A DNA stretch of 64,000 bases from Nannocystales bacterium (GTDB lineage: Bacteria > Myxococcota_A > Polyangia > Nannocystales > Nannocystaceae). The position numbers and the translations under genes are program-made. Below are positions 42,761 to 53,150 of this stretch, in pieces. The stretch spans positions 164,571 to 228,570 of the forward strand of contig JBOEGF010000009.1 of the NCBI GenBank assembly GCA_050633305.1, given 5' to 3'. Each line of letters opens with the position of its first letter. The stretch's first letter is position 1. Below the pieces are notes generated by a model. The model was not told where the DNA came from. It ran no database searches and worked only from the letters and a program-made list of their open reading frames with translations.

Positions 42761-43882
42761 ATGTCCGCCGCAACTCGCTTTCTTCTCCTTTCGGCCCTGC
42801 TCGCCGGAGGGTGTGATCCCGCCCGTGCGGACTCGGAGGGCTCCACCGAAGACGAGGTCGAGCAGAAAACACCCGTCGTGACGCAGTCGGTCGGCCGAGG
42901 CTCGATCGAGCAGGCGCTGACCGCCGCGAGCACCATCGAGGCCGAGCGCATGGTCACGGTACACGCCGAGTCCACCGGGAGGCTGATCAGCTTCGGGCTC
43001 GAGGAGGGCGACAACCTCAAGGCCGGGGCTGCCGTTGCGCGGATCAAATACGACAGTCAGGCGGCAACCTTCGACCGCGCGAAGACCTCGCAGGAGAAGG
43101 CGAAGCGCGACTTGGAGATCGCACAGCGGCTCCACAAGCAAGGCCACGCCTCGGACGACGAGCTCGCCCAGGCTGAGCTCGCGTACAAGACGGCGTCGTT
43201 GGATGTCGGCGACAGCAAGCGCAACATCCGAAACACCCGGGTGACCGCGCCGTTCGGGGGGACCGTCACCGAGCGTTTCGTGACCGAAGGCGCCTTCGTC
43301 AGCTCGGGTGCGCAGCTGATCACGATCACCGACTTCAACACGCTCGTTGCACGGGTGTACGTACCCGAGCGGGAACTCGACCGAATCGCCGCCGGGCAGT
43401 CCGCTTTGGTGCAGGGCAAAGCGGCCCGTAGCCGGCAGGGGCAGGGGACCATCAAGCGCATCGCTCCGGTGGTCGACGCGACGACCGGAACGGTCAAGGT
43501 CACGGTGGGCCTCCCTCCGGAGCTTGCGGGTGGAGAAAGAGGATTCTTGCCTGGCATGTATGCGGAGGTTCGACTCACCACCGAGCGCAAGGACGACGTC
43601 TTGCTGGTCTCCAAGCGAGCCCTCGTGCGCGAGGAAGAAGCGGTGTTCGTGTTTGTCGTGCAAGCGGATGACACTGCAAAGCGGGTGTCGGTGGAGTTGG
43701 GTCTCGAGGATGCCGAGCGCGCCGAGGTTCGCTCCGGGCTCTCGGAGTCGGACGAGGTTGTGGTGACGGGTCAGGCGGGCCTCAGCGATGGCGGAAAGGT
43801 CGTCCGGGTGGATGCCTCCGGAGAGCCCCTCGCACAGGCCGACACGGCGGAGCCCACGTCGGCGACGCCGGAGGCTCCGTGA
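42761..43882 (+). CDS. RND efflux periplasmic adaptor (MFP) lipoprotein
   Basis: LLAGGC lipobox, VTAPFGGTV, IAPVVDATTGTVKV, LPGMYAEV. Confidence 0.92.
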   Translation: MSAATRFLLLSALLAGGCDPARADSEGSTEDEVEQKTPVVTQSVGRGSIEQALTAASTIEAERMVTVHAESTGRLISFGLEEGDNLKAGAAVARIKYDSQAATFDRAKTSQEKAKRDLEIAQRLHKQGHASDDELAQAELAYKTASLDVGDSKRNIRNTRVTAPFGGTVTERFVTEGAFVSSGAQLITITDFNTLVARVYVPERELDRIAAGQSALVQGKAARSRQGQGTIKRIAPVVDATTGTVKVTVGLPPELAGGERGFLPGMYAEVRLTTERKDDVLLVSKRALVREEEAVFVFVVQADDTAKRVSVELGLEDAERAEVRSGLSESDEVVVTGQAGLSDGGKVVRVDASGEPLAQADTAEPTSATPEAP

Positions 43883-46800
43883 ACGACGTCCCGACCGGAG
43901 AGGCCGCACCGCAGTCCGGCCCTCCACCGGGTTCGGGTCAAGCCGCCACCACAGACGTGGAGCGGCTCATGCAGCGCTTCGCGTTCACCGCGACGCGTCC
44001 AGTCGCAGTGGCGATGGTGTTTCTTGCGGTGCTGGTCTTCGGAGCTTTCAGCGCGCGGATGCTTCCGCTTTCGCTGATGCCGGACATCTCGTATCCAAAG
44101 CTCACCGTCCGCACCGACTACGACGGCGCCGCCCCGGCCGAGGTCGAGAACAATGTCTCGCGCCCGCTCGAGGAGGTCCTCGGTGTCGTCACCGGTGTGA
44201 CGCGCATCGAGAGCGTGTCACGGGCCGGGTACAGCGATGTGATCCTGGAGTTCGGTTGGGGCACCGAGATGGACGACGCCAACCAGGATGTCCTCGAGAT
44301 CCTGGACCAGGTCACCCCGTCGTTGCCCGACGGTGTCGACCAGCCGCTCATCCTCCGCTACGACCCGACGCTCGACCCCGTGCTCACGTTGAGTCTCGAA
44401 GGCGTGGGGGACCGCTACGTGGGGGCAGGGGGCTTGGGCCGGCTCCGCAGGGTTGCGGACCAGGAGGTTCGTCGACTTCTCGAGCCGGTCGAGGGCGTGG
44501 CTGCGGTTCGCATCAAGGGCGGCCTCGAGGAGCAAATCTCGGTCGAACTCGATGAAGGCCAACTTCGCCGGACCGGCGTCGGCATCGACACGGTGCTCGC
44601 TCGGCTTTCCGCCGAGAACATCAACCTTGCGGGAGGACAGCTCGAGGATGGGCGGACGCGGTACCTGGTGCGGACCGTCAACGAGTTCCGCGACCTCAGT
44701 GACATCGGCGAGATCGTCATTACGCGACAGGGCGATCGGGATGTTCGCCTCCGCGACCTCGCGAGTGTGGCCGAGGGCCACAAAGACCGTGAAGTCATTA
44801 CGCGGGTCGACGGAAACGAGGCGGTGGAGGTCGAGGTCTACAAGGAGGCCGACGCCAACATCGTGGACATGGCGGCGCGGGTCCGTGAGCGGATCGAGGA
44901 GCGTCTTGCCCCGCGCCTCGAGCAGCAACACGAGGCGTCGATTTCCGTCTCCTCCGACCGGTCCACGTTCATCGAGTCGAGCATCGACGAGGTCCGAAAT
45001 ACGGCCCTGTTCGGCGGCCTGTTGGCGGTTGCGGTCCTGTTCTTCTTTCTTCGAGACCTGCGCAGCACCGCCATCGTCGCCGTCTCGATTCCGGTCTCGA
45101 TCCTCATCACGTTTGCGCCGCTTTCGCTGGCCGATGTGTCGCTCAACATCATGTCGCTCGGCGGCTTGGCGTTGGGGATCGGCATGCTGGTGGACAACTC
45201 CATCGTGGTGTTGGAGTCGATTCACCGCTGCCGACAAGAGGGGGATGCCCTCGTTCGGGCCACCTTGCGCGGTGTCTCCGAGGTCGGCGGTGCCGTGTTC
45301 GCGGCCACCCTGACCTCCATCGCCGTGTTCTTTCCGATGGTGTTCGTCGAGGGGGTCGCCGGCCAGATGTTCGGAGACCTCGGCCTGGCGGTGGTGTTCA
45401 GTCTGCTCGCCTCGCTCGCGGTGGCGTTGTTTCTCATCCCGATGCTCGCCTCGCGTGAGTTCGGCGCCGAAGCGGAGCCTGGCGAAGGGAAGCGGCTCGG
45501 TCCGTTGCGCGCGCTGGGGCGAACGTGGGCGAGCTGGGCCGCAGTCACCGAGTTCGGTGAGAGCCTCGCGGGGGTTCGAGCCGCGTGGTGGCGCGTAGTT
45601 CTGCTTCCGTACGCGCTGCTTCGCTTCGCGCTACATCTCGTATTCGAGCTCCTGGGCAAGCTACTCCTCACCGCGTTGCTCCCGGTCGTGTTCGCGACGG
45701 TGCTTCTGCGGCGGGCCATCGGCGAGCTGTTCGGGCTTGTGGCCTGGGTCCCGTTGAAGGTCTTCGGTGCTGGCATCTCGGGGGTCGAGCATGCGTATCC
45801 CAGCGTGATCCGCTGGTCGCTCCGAAACCGGGTGATGGTGTACCTCCTTGGGCTCGGGTCGCTAGGGTTCGTCGGCTGGGGCGCCGCGCAGCTGGATACC
45901 GAACTCATCCCCGCGATCCACCAAGGTGAATTCACGGCCGAGCTTGCCCTGCCCGTGGGGACACCGCTGACCACGACCGACGAGGCGGTCCGGCCTCTGG
46001 AGAGTCTCGTCGCCGAGACGACCCCTCACCTGCGCACGCTCACCACCACGGTCGGCAGCGAGCAGGATCAGTCCGACGGCTCCCAACGTGGTGAACACAC
46101 CGCGCGCATGCGGGTCACGTTGCAAGACGAGCAGGCGGACGACCTCAAGGCCCGCTTGGGACTGGGCGGCGACGTTCGTGCTCGGGCGGAGGCGATCGAA
46201 GATGAGGCGCTCGCGGCGGTTCGGGACGCGGTGTCGGGCATCCCCGACCTCGAGGTCAACATCTCTCGGCCGGTGCTGTTTTCGTTCAAGACGCCGGTCG
46301 AGGTCGAGATTCGCGGCTTCAACCTCGAAGACCTCGGGACGGCAACACGGGCGGTCGAGCAGCGCTTGTCCCGTGTGCCTGGACTGCGCGACGTCAAAGG
46401 CTCGATCGCGCCGGGCAGCCCAGAGATCCACATTCGCTACGACCGCGACGAACTCGCCCGTCGGGGACTCGACATCCGGGCGGTGGCGGAGCGCGTCCGC
46501 GATGAGGTTCAGGGCGCCGAGGCGACCAAGTTCAACCGGATCGACCGCAAGATACCGGTTCAGGTGCGGCTGTCGGGGATCCGGGAGGCTTCGCTCGAAG
46601 ACCTTCGCGACCTGGTGGTCAACCCCGGCGGATTTCGGCCGGTGCCGCTGTCTGCGGTCGCCGAGCTGGAGATCGGCCGCGGCCCCAACGAGATTCGCCG
46701 AATCGGGCAACAACGTGTCGGACTGGTGACGGCCAACGTGCAGGGGATCGGCCTGGGATTCGCGTCCGAGTTGATCGACGCCGCGATGGATGACGTCGAG

Positions 46801-47550
46801 CTCCCGACCACCGTCACGCCCGTGGTCACCGGTCAGAGTGAGGAGTGGGAGACGAGTTCTCGCTCGTTGCTTCTCGCGCTGGGCCTGTCCGTGTTCTTGG
46901 TCTACGTGATCATGGCCTCTCAGTTCGAGAGCCTGGCGTACCCGTTCCTCATCCTGTTCACCATCCCGCTCGCGTTCGTCGGTGTTGTTGCGGCGGCCTT
47001 GGTGTTGGATATGCCCCTGTCGGTGGTCGTGTTCCTGGGGGCGATCATGCTCGCGGGCATCGTCGTCAACAACGCGATCGTTCTGGTCGACTACGTCGGC
47101 AAGCTCAAGCAACGCGGCTACCCCACCGAGCAGGCGCTCGAGCTCGCGGGCAAGGTTCGGCTGCGACCGATCATGATGACGACCCTGACGACGATTCTCG
47201 GCTTGATGCCGATGGCTTTGGGCCTGGGCGACGGCGCCGAGATTCGGACTCCGATGGCGATCACGGTGATCTCCGGGCTGGCATTCTCCACGGTGCTGAC
47301 GCTGATCGTCATTCCCACCCTGTACGCAGGAGTCGACCGGATGCGTCGCTCGGGACCGACGCTCTCCACGGCACAGCGTCTCGACGCGGAACTTGCCTTG
47401 ATGCGTCCTGAGCAGCTCACGGCCGAGACGCATGTGGCTGAGGAGAACACGGAGCTTGTGGATGGGGCGTCGCCCGCGGAGTCCACCCCCTCTGAAACGG
47501 CTCCCCCAGACGACCCCTCCGAGCGTCCCGCGACGGAGGACGACGCATGA
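43879..47550 (+). CDS. RND efflux permease (AcrB/SwrC-like), subunit 1
   Basis: GMLVDNSIVVLE, SQFES, GIVVNNAIVLVD, RLRPIMMT; extra membrane-associated insert after TM6. Confidence 0.95.
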   Translation: MNDVPTGEAAPQSGPPPGSGQAATTDVERLMQRFAFTATRPVAVAMVFLAVLVFGAFSARMLPLSLMPDISYPKLTVRTDYDGAAPAEVENNVSRPLEEVLGVVTGVTRIESVSRAGYSDVILEFGWGTEMDDANQDVLEILDQVTPSLPDGVDQPLILRYDPTLDPVLTLSLEGVGDRYVGAGGLGRLRRVADQEVRRLLEPVEGVAAVRIKGGLEEQISVELDEGQLRRTGVGIDTVLARLSAENINLAGGQLEDGRTRYLVRTVNEFRDLSDIGEIVITRQGDRDVRLRDLASVAEGHKDREVITRVDGNEAVEVEVYKEADANIVDMAARVRERIEERLAPRLEQQHEASISVSSDRSTFIESSIDEVRNTALFGGLLAVAVLFFFLRDLRSTAIVAVSIPVSILITFAPLSLADVSLNIMSLGGLALGIGMLVDNSIVVLESIHRCRQEGDALVRATLRGVSEVGGAVFAATLTSIAVFFPMVFVEGVAGQMFGDLGLAVVFSLLASLAVALFLIPMLASREFGAEAEPGEGKRLGPLRALGRTWASWAAVTEFGESLAGVRAAWWRVVLLPYALLRFALHLVFELLGKLLLTALLPVVFATVLLRRAIGELFGLVAWVPLKVFGAGISGVEHAYPSVIRWSLRNRVMVYLLGLGSLGFVGWGAAQLDTELIPAIHQGEFTAELALPVGTPLTTTDEAVRPLESLVAETTPHLRTLTTTVGSEQDQSDGSQRGEHTARMRVTLQDEQADDLKARLGLGGDVRARAEAIEDEALAAVRDAVSGIPDLEVNISRPVLFSFKTPVEVEIRGFNLEDLGTATRAVEQRLSRVPGLRDVKGSIAPGSPEIHIRYDRDELARRGLDIRAVAERVRDEVQGAEATKFNRIDRKIPVQVRLSGIREASLEDLRDLVVNPGGFRPVPLSAVAELEIGRGPNEIRRIGQQRVGLVTANVQGIGLGFASELIDAAMDDVELPTTVTPVVTGQSEEWETSSRSLLLALGLSVFLVYVIMASQFESLAYPFLILFTIPLAFVGVVAAALVLDMPLSVVVFLGAIMLAGIVVNNAIVLVDYVGKLKQRGYPTEQALELAGKVRLRPIMMTTLTTILGLMPMALGLGDGAEIRTPMAITVISGLAFSTVLTLIVIPTLYAGVDRMRRSGPTLSTAQRLDAELALMRPEQLTAETHVAEENTELVDGASPAESTPSETAPPDDPSERPATEDDA

Positions 47551-50500
47551 AGGGCGCCCAGAGCCACGTCCTGGTTCGGCTGTCGCTACGGCGACCCGTC
47601 ACCATGATGATGATGCTGCTCTCGATGCTGGTGCTGGGCGGCATCGCGTTGGCCCGCATCCCGCTGGAGCTCATCCCTTCGGGATTCTCGCCTCCATTCC
47701 TGCGAATTGCCGCCGAGTATCCGGACGCCACCGCCAAGGATGTTGAAGAACGCATTACGCGTCCGCTCGAAGACGCGGTCGCGACGACGCCGGGCATCGA
47801 TCAGATCAGCGCCACCTCGACGTCGGGCAGCAGCTCGATCACCATCGTGTTCAAGAACGATGTCGACATGGACATCGCCTATCGGCAAGTACGAGACCGC
47901 ATCGCGCGGGTCCGAGCCGACCTGCCCGACGAGGTCGACAAGGTCGAGATTCGCAAGGAGTCCGCCGAAGCGATTCCGGTCGCGTTCTACTCGGTGGCTT
48001 GGGATGCGGACCTGCCCGACCCCCAAGGGGTGATCGAGCAAGCGCTCATTCGTCCCCTGCAGCGCATCGAAGGTGTTGGCCTGGTCAACGTTTGGGGCGA
48101 GGAGAAGAAAGAGGTCCGCATCGAGATCGACCGCGGTCTCGCCGAAGCCCATGGGCTCGACATGGTGGCCATCGCGCAAACGCTGGGCACGTCCAACTTC
48201 ACGATGGCCAGCGGGACCCTCGAAGAAGACGAGGGGCAGTACATGCTGCGCTCGGTCGCGTCTTGGGATGCCCCAGAGGACATCGCGGAGTTGATCGTCG
48301 GGCCCAATGGCGTTCGGCTGCGGGACGTCGGAACCGTCACCTTCGACTTCCCCAAGCGCACCCGCTACGACCGCTACCGAGGCCGTCCCTCGCTGGTGTT
48401 GTTCGTCGTCAAGGAGTCGACCGCCAACACCGTCGACGTCAGCGAGAAGATCAAAGCCGTCGTCGAGCAAGCGCAGACGGATCCTCTGCTTCAAGGGGTG
48501 ACCGTGCAGTCGATCTTCGTGCAGGGCGATACGATCCGCTACAGCCTCCAGCAAGTCGTCGACTCGGGAAAACAGGGAGGGATCCTCGCCCTGTGCGTGC
48601 TCTTGTTCTTCCTTCGACGGCTGAGGCTGACGGTCATCATCTCGCTGGCCATCCCGCTGTCGCTCTTCTTGGCGCTGCCGTTCATGTACTTCTCGGGGCA
48701 GACGGTCAACCTCGTCTCCCTGATCGGCCTGATGATCTGCATCGGCTTGGTGGTGGACAACTCGGTGGTGGTCGCGGAGAACATTGGCCGGTACCGCAAG
48801 CGGGGCCTGGGTCCCTACGCGGCGGCGCTCCAGGGGGCGAGCGAGGTTGGACTGGCAATCACCCTCGCGACGATGACGACGCTCGTCGTGTTCCTTCCCG
48901 CCGCGCTGCTCTCCAGCGGGCCGACCCAGTTCTTCATGGTCCGGATGGTCACGCCGGTGTGCGTGTCCTTGGTCGCGAGCCTGTTTGTGGCGCTCGTGCT
49001 GATCCCGCTCAGCTCCGCGACGCTGCTGGCCGACGATGGCGACGACGCGGAGCGCCCCCCGGTCACCGGGTGGCGAGCCTCGCTCCGCCGCGTCGATGAC
49101 GTTTGGAAACACTCCATCGGATGGCTGTATGACCAGACCATGGGCCGACTGGGGCGTGCCTACGTCAGGTTGCTGCGGCTCGTCTTGCGGCGGCGCTTCG
49201 ATGTCGTGGTGGTGTCCCTGCTGGCGATGGCCTCGATGGTGGTCCCGGCGATGGCGGTGCAGTGCAACTCGGGCAACGAGTTCGGCACCCGCAACATCAC
49301 CGTCAACTACTCGATGCCCTCGGACACCACGTTGGAGGAGGCGAACGCCTTTTTCTCGAAGATCGAGACGCGCATGAACGACATGCCGCCGGAGTCGAAG
49401 GTGGATGGAGCCTACGTGGGCTTCGACGAGCAGTCCGGTCGAGTGCAGATCTTCTTCCAGCCGCCCGAGCCCGGAGAGCCCGATTTCGAGACGGTTGCCA
49501 AGGAACTCGCGGACTCCCTCCCCACACCGCCGGGCTGGCGCAAGCGTTCTCAGTTTGGAGACGCCGACGGTGGTCGCGACGACTCGTTCCCCGTGGTGAT
49601 CTACGGCAACGACCACGAACGTGTTCAAGACGCCCGAGAGCGGCTGGAGGAGCAGCTGCTCGAGTTGGAGGGCGTCATTGGCCTCAAGCAGTTCGGCGGG
49701 GACGACCGACGCCGCAACGAACTCGCGCTGTCGATCGACCGGACGATGTCCGAGCGCTTTGGTGTCAGCGGACAGGTGGTCGCCAACACCGTGGCCTACG
49801 CGATCCGAGGCACGCCGCTGCCGCGTTTTCATACCGAGGAGCGAGAGGTGGATGTTCGGCTGCGCTACCGCGAGGACGACCGGCGGAACGTCGACCAGCT
49901 GTTGGGGTATCGGGTTCCGAGCGTCTCAGGCAGTACGGTCCCGATCTCGGTGTTGTCCGAGAAGGAGGTCCGCAAGGGCGAGTCGAGGCTCACCCGGAGC
50001 AACAAACGCGTGGGTGCGCTCATCCGCCTCGAACTCGACCCCGAGCAGCGCATGCCGGCCGCCAAACGGGTGGTCGCCTACCTCGAGGACTACGAGCTCC
50101 CCGAAGGACTCAGCTTCGACGCAGATCGAGAACAGAAGAGCGTCGACGACATGCAGCGAGACCTGGGCGGCGCGCTGCTGCTCGGGTCGATCTTCATCTT
50201 CTTGTTGATGGGCTTCTTGTTCGAGTCGGTGGTCCTGCCGCTGTCGGTCCTGCCGTCGATCCCCCTGTCGTTCGTCGGCGTGTGGTGGTTCTTGTTCATC
50301 ACGGGCGAGCACATCGACGCGCTGGCTGGTATTGGCATCGTGCTGCTGCTCGGTGTCGTGGTGAACAACGCGATCGTCCTGATCGATTTCGTCAACCAAG
50401 CTCGCCGCGATGGTCTGAGTCGTGACGCGGCGATCGTGGCAGCCGGGGAGCTGCGTTTTCGGCCGATCATGATGACGGCCCTGACGACCATCGGGGGTAT

Positions 50501-50693
50501 GCTGCCGCTGGCCTTCAGCGCGTACACGGGCGAGGGCATTCCGTACGGCCCGTTCGGAAAAGCGTTGGTCGGAGGGATGACGACCGCCACCGTGCTCACG
50601 CTTGTCGTCGTGCCCGTCACGTACACGTATCTCGACGACCTGCGCAGCGGGGCGCTGACTTGGTTGCGCCGCCTGACCCGTCTCGGGCGGTGA
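47547..50693 (+). CDS. RND efflux permease, subunit 2
   Basis: GLVVDNSVVVAE, LFES, GVVVNNAIVLID, RFRPIMMT; ATGA overlap. Confidence 0.95.
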   Translation: MKGAQSHVLVRLSLRRPVTMMMMLLSMLVLGGIALARIPLELIPSGFSPPFLRIAAEYPDATAKDVEERITRPLEDAVATTPGIDQISATSTSGSSSITIVFKNDVDMDIAYRQVRDRIARVRADLPDEVDKVEIRKESAEAIPVAFYSVAWDADLPDPQGVIEQALIRPLQRIEGVGLVNVWGEEKKEVRIEIDRGLAEAHGLDMVAIAQTLGTSNFTMASGTLEEDEGQYMLRSVASWDAPEDIAELIVGPNGVRLRDVGTVTFDFPKRTRYDRYRGRPSLVLFVVKESTANTVDVSEKIKAVVEQAQTDPLLQGVTVQSIFVQGDTIRYSLQQVVDSGKQGGILALCVLLFFLRRLRLTVIISLAIPLSLFLALPFMYFSGQTVNLVSLIGLMICIGLVVDNSVVVAENIGRYRKRGLGPYAAALQGASEVGLAITLATMTTLVVFLPAALLSSGPTQFFMVRMVTPVCVSLVASLFVALVLIPLSSATLLADDGDDAERPPVTGWRASLRRVDDVWKHSIGWLYDQTMGRLGRAYVRLLRLVLRRRFDVVVVSLLAMASMVVPAMAVQCNSGNEFGTRNITVNYSMPSDTTLEEANAFFSKIETRMNDMPPESKVDGAYVGFDEQSGRVQIFFQPPEPGEPDFETVAKELADSLPTPPGWRKRSQFGDADGGRDDSFPVVIYGNDHERVQDARERLEEQLLELEGVIGLKQFGGDDRRRNELALSIDRTMSERFGVSGQVVANTVAYAIRGTPLPRFHTEEREVDVRLRYREDDRRNVDQLLGYRVPSVSGSTVPISVLSEKEVRKGESRLTRSNKRVGALIRLELDPEQRMPAAKRVVAYLEDYELPEGLSFDADREQKSVDDMQRDLGGALLLGSIFIFLLMGFLFESVVLPLSVLPSIPLSFVGVWWFLFITGEHIDALAGIGIVLLLGVVVNNAIVLIDFVNQARRDGLSRDAAIVAAGELRFRPIMMTALTTIGGMLPLAFSAYTGEGIPYGPFGKALVGGMTTATVLTLVVVPVTYTYLDDLRSGALTWLRRLTRLGR

Positions 50694-50703
50694 TACGCTC
50701 AGC

Positions 50704-51930
50704 GTGACGGTGGATCGCCCTCGCAGCTCGTTGCCCCTGCTTGCCGGGCTGTACACCGTGCAGGGCGCGGTCTTCGGCTTCACGACCGGGGTCTTGATCC
50801 CGGCGTTGGCCGCACGCGGGGTCTCGCTCGAGGAGCAGGCGGGGATCCTGGCCTTCGCGAGTCTTCCCTGGGTGCTCAAGCTTCCGGTCGCGGTCGCGCT
50901 CGACCGACTCCGTCCGGGGGCGGCGAGGGTGGCCGGGCTTTCGATGGTGTTGCTCTCGGTCGTGTTGTTTGGGCTGGCGGGTCTGGGCCCGGGGCTCCCT
51001 TGGTTCTCAGGGCTGGGCGTGGCGTGGTTGGGCATCAACCTGCTGCTCGCGGCGCAAGATGTTTCCGCCGACGCGTTGGCGATCGATACGGTCTCGGCGG
51101 AGCATCGCGGTCGGGCCAACGGTGCGATGTGGGGCGGCCACCAGGTCGGCGGCACGCTGCTGGGCACGGTGGGGCTGGGGATGGTGCTCAGCGTGAGTGG
51201 CTTGGGGACGACGCTTGCGTGTTTAGCGGGGTTCGTCCTGCTCGGCGGCGTGTGGGCGTTCCGCTCGAACGTTCGAGCGTCGGTTCAGGCTCGGCAAGAG
51301 GGGCTCGCTGGACTCCTACGCTCACCCACGACGTGGCTCGTTGGCGGGCTTGCCAGCGTGTTTCTCGTCGCGGACGTCTTCACGTCCGCGCTGGCGGGCG
51401 AGTTTCTGGTCAATCGACTGGGCTGGGGGTTGCCGAGGGTCACCGGAATCCTGCCATGGGCGAACCTGGGCGGGCAGGTCGTGGGGTACGGCATCGCGGT
51501 TGTCGGTGTGGACCGGCTTGGACACGCCCGCGCGACTGCACTGGGGAGTGCGCTGCTCGGGGGGCTGTGGCTGCTCTTTGCTGGGGCGGAGCCGGCGTGG
51601 GTGTGGCCGGGGTTCGTCTACGGCTTCGTCGTGTTGCAGGCCGGGGCGACGGCCTTGATGTACGTGGGTTTGTACGCGTGGCTGATGGGCCACGTGGACC
51701 CTCGCTTCCGCGCCACGCACTACGCGGTGTTCATGTCGCTGCTCAACGCCCCGCGCGCCTGGGTTCCCGGCCTGGCGGCGGGCGGACTGGCGGCGTTGGG
51801 TTGGTCGGGCGTCTTCGCGCTCGCAGGGAGCGTGCAGGTCGTGTTGGGCGCGACGGCCTGGGTTCTGGGCCGTCACGCTTCGTCCGCCGGGACCTCCGAG
51901 GGGACTACGGATACACGAGCTGAAGCGTGA
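50704..51930 (+). CDS. MFS transporter (AmpG-like)
   Basis: LYTVQG, LPWVLKL, AQDVSADALAID, ATHYAVFMSLLN; about 12 TM segments. Confidence 0.88.
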   Translation: MTVDRPRSSLPLLAGLYTVQGAVFGFTTGVLIPALAARGVSLEEQAGILAFASLPWVLKLPVAVALDRLRPGAARVAGLSMVLLSVVLFGLAGLGPGLPWFSGLGVAWLGINLLLAAQDVSADALAIDTVSAEHRGRANGAMWGGHQVGGTLLGTVGLGMVLSVSGLGTTLACLAGFVLLGGVWAFRSNVRASVQARQEGLAGLLRSPTTWLVGGLASVFLVADVFTSALAGEFLVNRLGWGLPRVTGILPWANLGGQVVGYGIAVVGVDRLGHARATALGSALLGGLWLLFAGAEPAWVWPGFVYGFVVLQAGATALMYVGLYAWLMGHVDPRFRATHYAVFMSLLNAPRAWVPGLAAGGLAALGWSGVFALAGSVQVVLGATAWVLGRHASSAGTSEGTTDTRAEA

Positions 51931-52999
51931 CATCGTCGAAGACGACATCGCAGGGGCCCCCGGAGAACACGTTGTTCGCACACTCGATGCGGACCGTGGC
52001 CTCGGGTGTCTCCAGCGGAAGGGCGTTGGCCTGCTCGACCAGGGTCCAGTTCGCCTCCGACCCATTGACGAGTGGAACGAAATCGTCGCCGAGGTCGATG
52101 TAGACCCGGTAGCTGTGATCTGGGTTGGCGGTCCGCGTACGCGCGCGCACGCGGTAGCGCAAGCCTGCGATCGATGTGTCGTCCTGCCAGTTGCTCAGGT
52201 CGACACTCTGATCGAGGACCGCGACGCCGAACGCTCCCGTCGGTGCGAACGCAAACGAGCCGCCGAACGCGGTGCCTGTGGTGGTCCAGCTGGGCAGTCC
52301 GGTCGGCACGGTCCAGTGCTCGGTGTTCCCAGACTCGGCATCGCCGTTGACCAGCAAGTTCGGCGACTCGCCTTGCCCCGCACCGAGCAGGGTCAGGGCT
52401 TCGGTGGTCGTTGGCGCCGCCAGGTTGACCCCGTCGTAGTACTCGATGAGCAGCGTGGACTGGACGGGCCCAATCCGGGTTGGCCCGAAACGGAGGTCAA
52501 GCCGGCAGGTCTGCCCAGCTTCCAACTCTGTGCCGCAGGTTCCTTCGGTGCCCGGGTAGCCGCCGGGAAAGGAGAAGTCGCCGGGGATCGTGCCGGTGGC
52601 CATGGAGGTCGCCGTGTGGCCGCCGACGTTCTCCAGGACGATGAGACTGGAGGCCGCACCGTCCACGGGGATGTCTCCGTAGTCGAGGGAGGGCTGGCCG
52701 AGGGTCCACTGGAGCAGCGCAGGCGTGTCCGCGACATCCCCCGTCGACGACGACCCGTCGGTCACGGTCGTCTCGGTGGTCGGCGGGATCCCGCCCGAGC
52801 TTTCACCGGAGGTGCCCGTGTCGTCGTCGTCGCCACCGGTCGTGATGGTGGCGGTTGCGTCGGTGTCGTTCTGCGACGTCGAGGGCGATGGGTCGAAGGT
52901 TCCGCTGTTCCCCGCGGTGCCGGAACTACATGCGGCAAGGGTGAGAGCGCCCACAAGCGCGAAGGAAGTCGAGTTCAAGAGTCGGTGTCCTCGGAGCAT
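51905..52999 (-). CDS. Lipoprotein with Ig-like (choice-of-anchor D-type) and carbohydrate-binding-like domains
   Basis: LTLAAC lipobox, T/G/D/S linker, LDYG...LENVGG...C...L..GQTC.L.LRFGP, then NLLVNGDAESG...W...VFDDV. Confidence 0.8.
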   Translation of the reverse strand: MLRGHRLLNSTSFALVGALTLAACSSGTAGNSGTFDPSPSTSQNDTDATATITTGGDDDDTGTSGESSGGIPPTTETTVTDGSSSTGDVADTPALLQWTLGQPSLDYGDIPVDGAASSLIVLENVGGHTATSMATGTIPGDFSFPGGYPGTEGTCGTELEAGQTCRLDLRFGPTRIGPVQSTLLIEYYDGVNLAAPTTTEALTLLGAGQGESPNLLVNGDAESGNTEHWTVPTGLPSWTTTGTAFGGSFAFAPTGAFGVAVLDQSVDLSNWQDDTSIAGLRYRVRARTRTANPDHSYRVYIDLGDDFVPLVNGSEANWTLVEQANALPLETPEATVRIECANNVFSGGPCDVVFDDVTLQLVYP

Positions 53000-53150
53000 C
53001 GTCGTCCGCGATCGCTCGACCGTAACACTGTGGGTGACGGTGATCACCATCGCTCCTGGTGACGGTTGCACGGCTGTGGCGCAACGCGCAGGGTAGCGCC
53101 CGAATCGCAGCCGGGTGACTCCGCCGAGGTCTTGCGATCGGGAACGCTCG

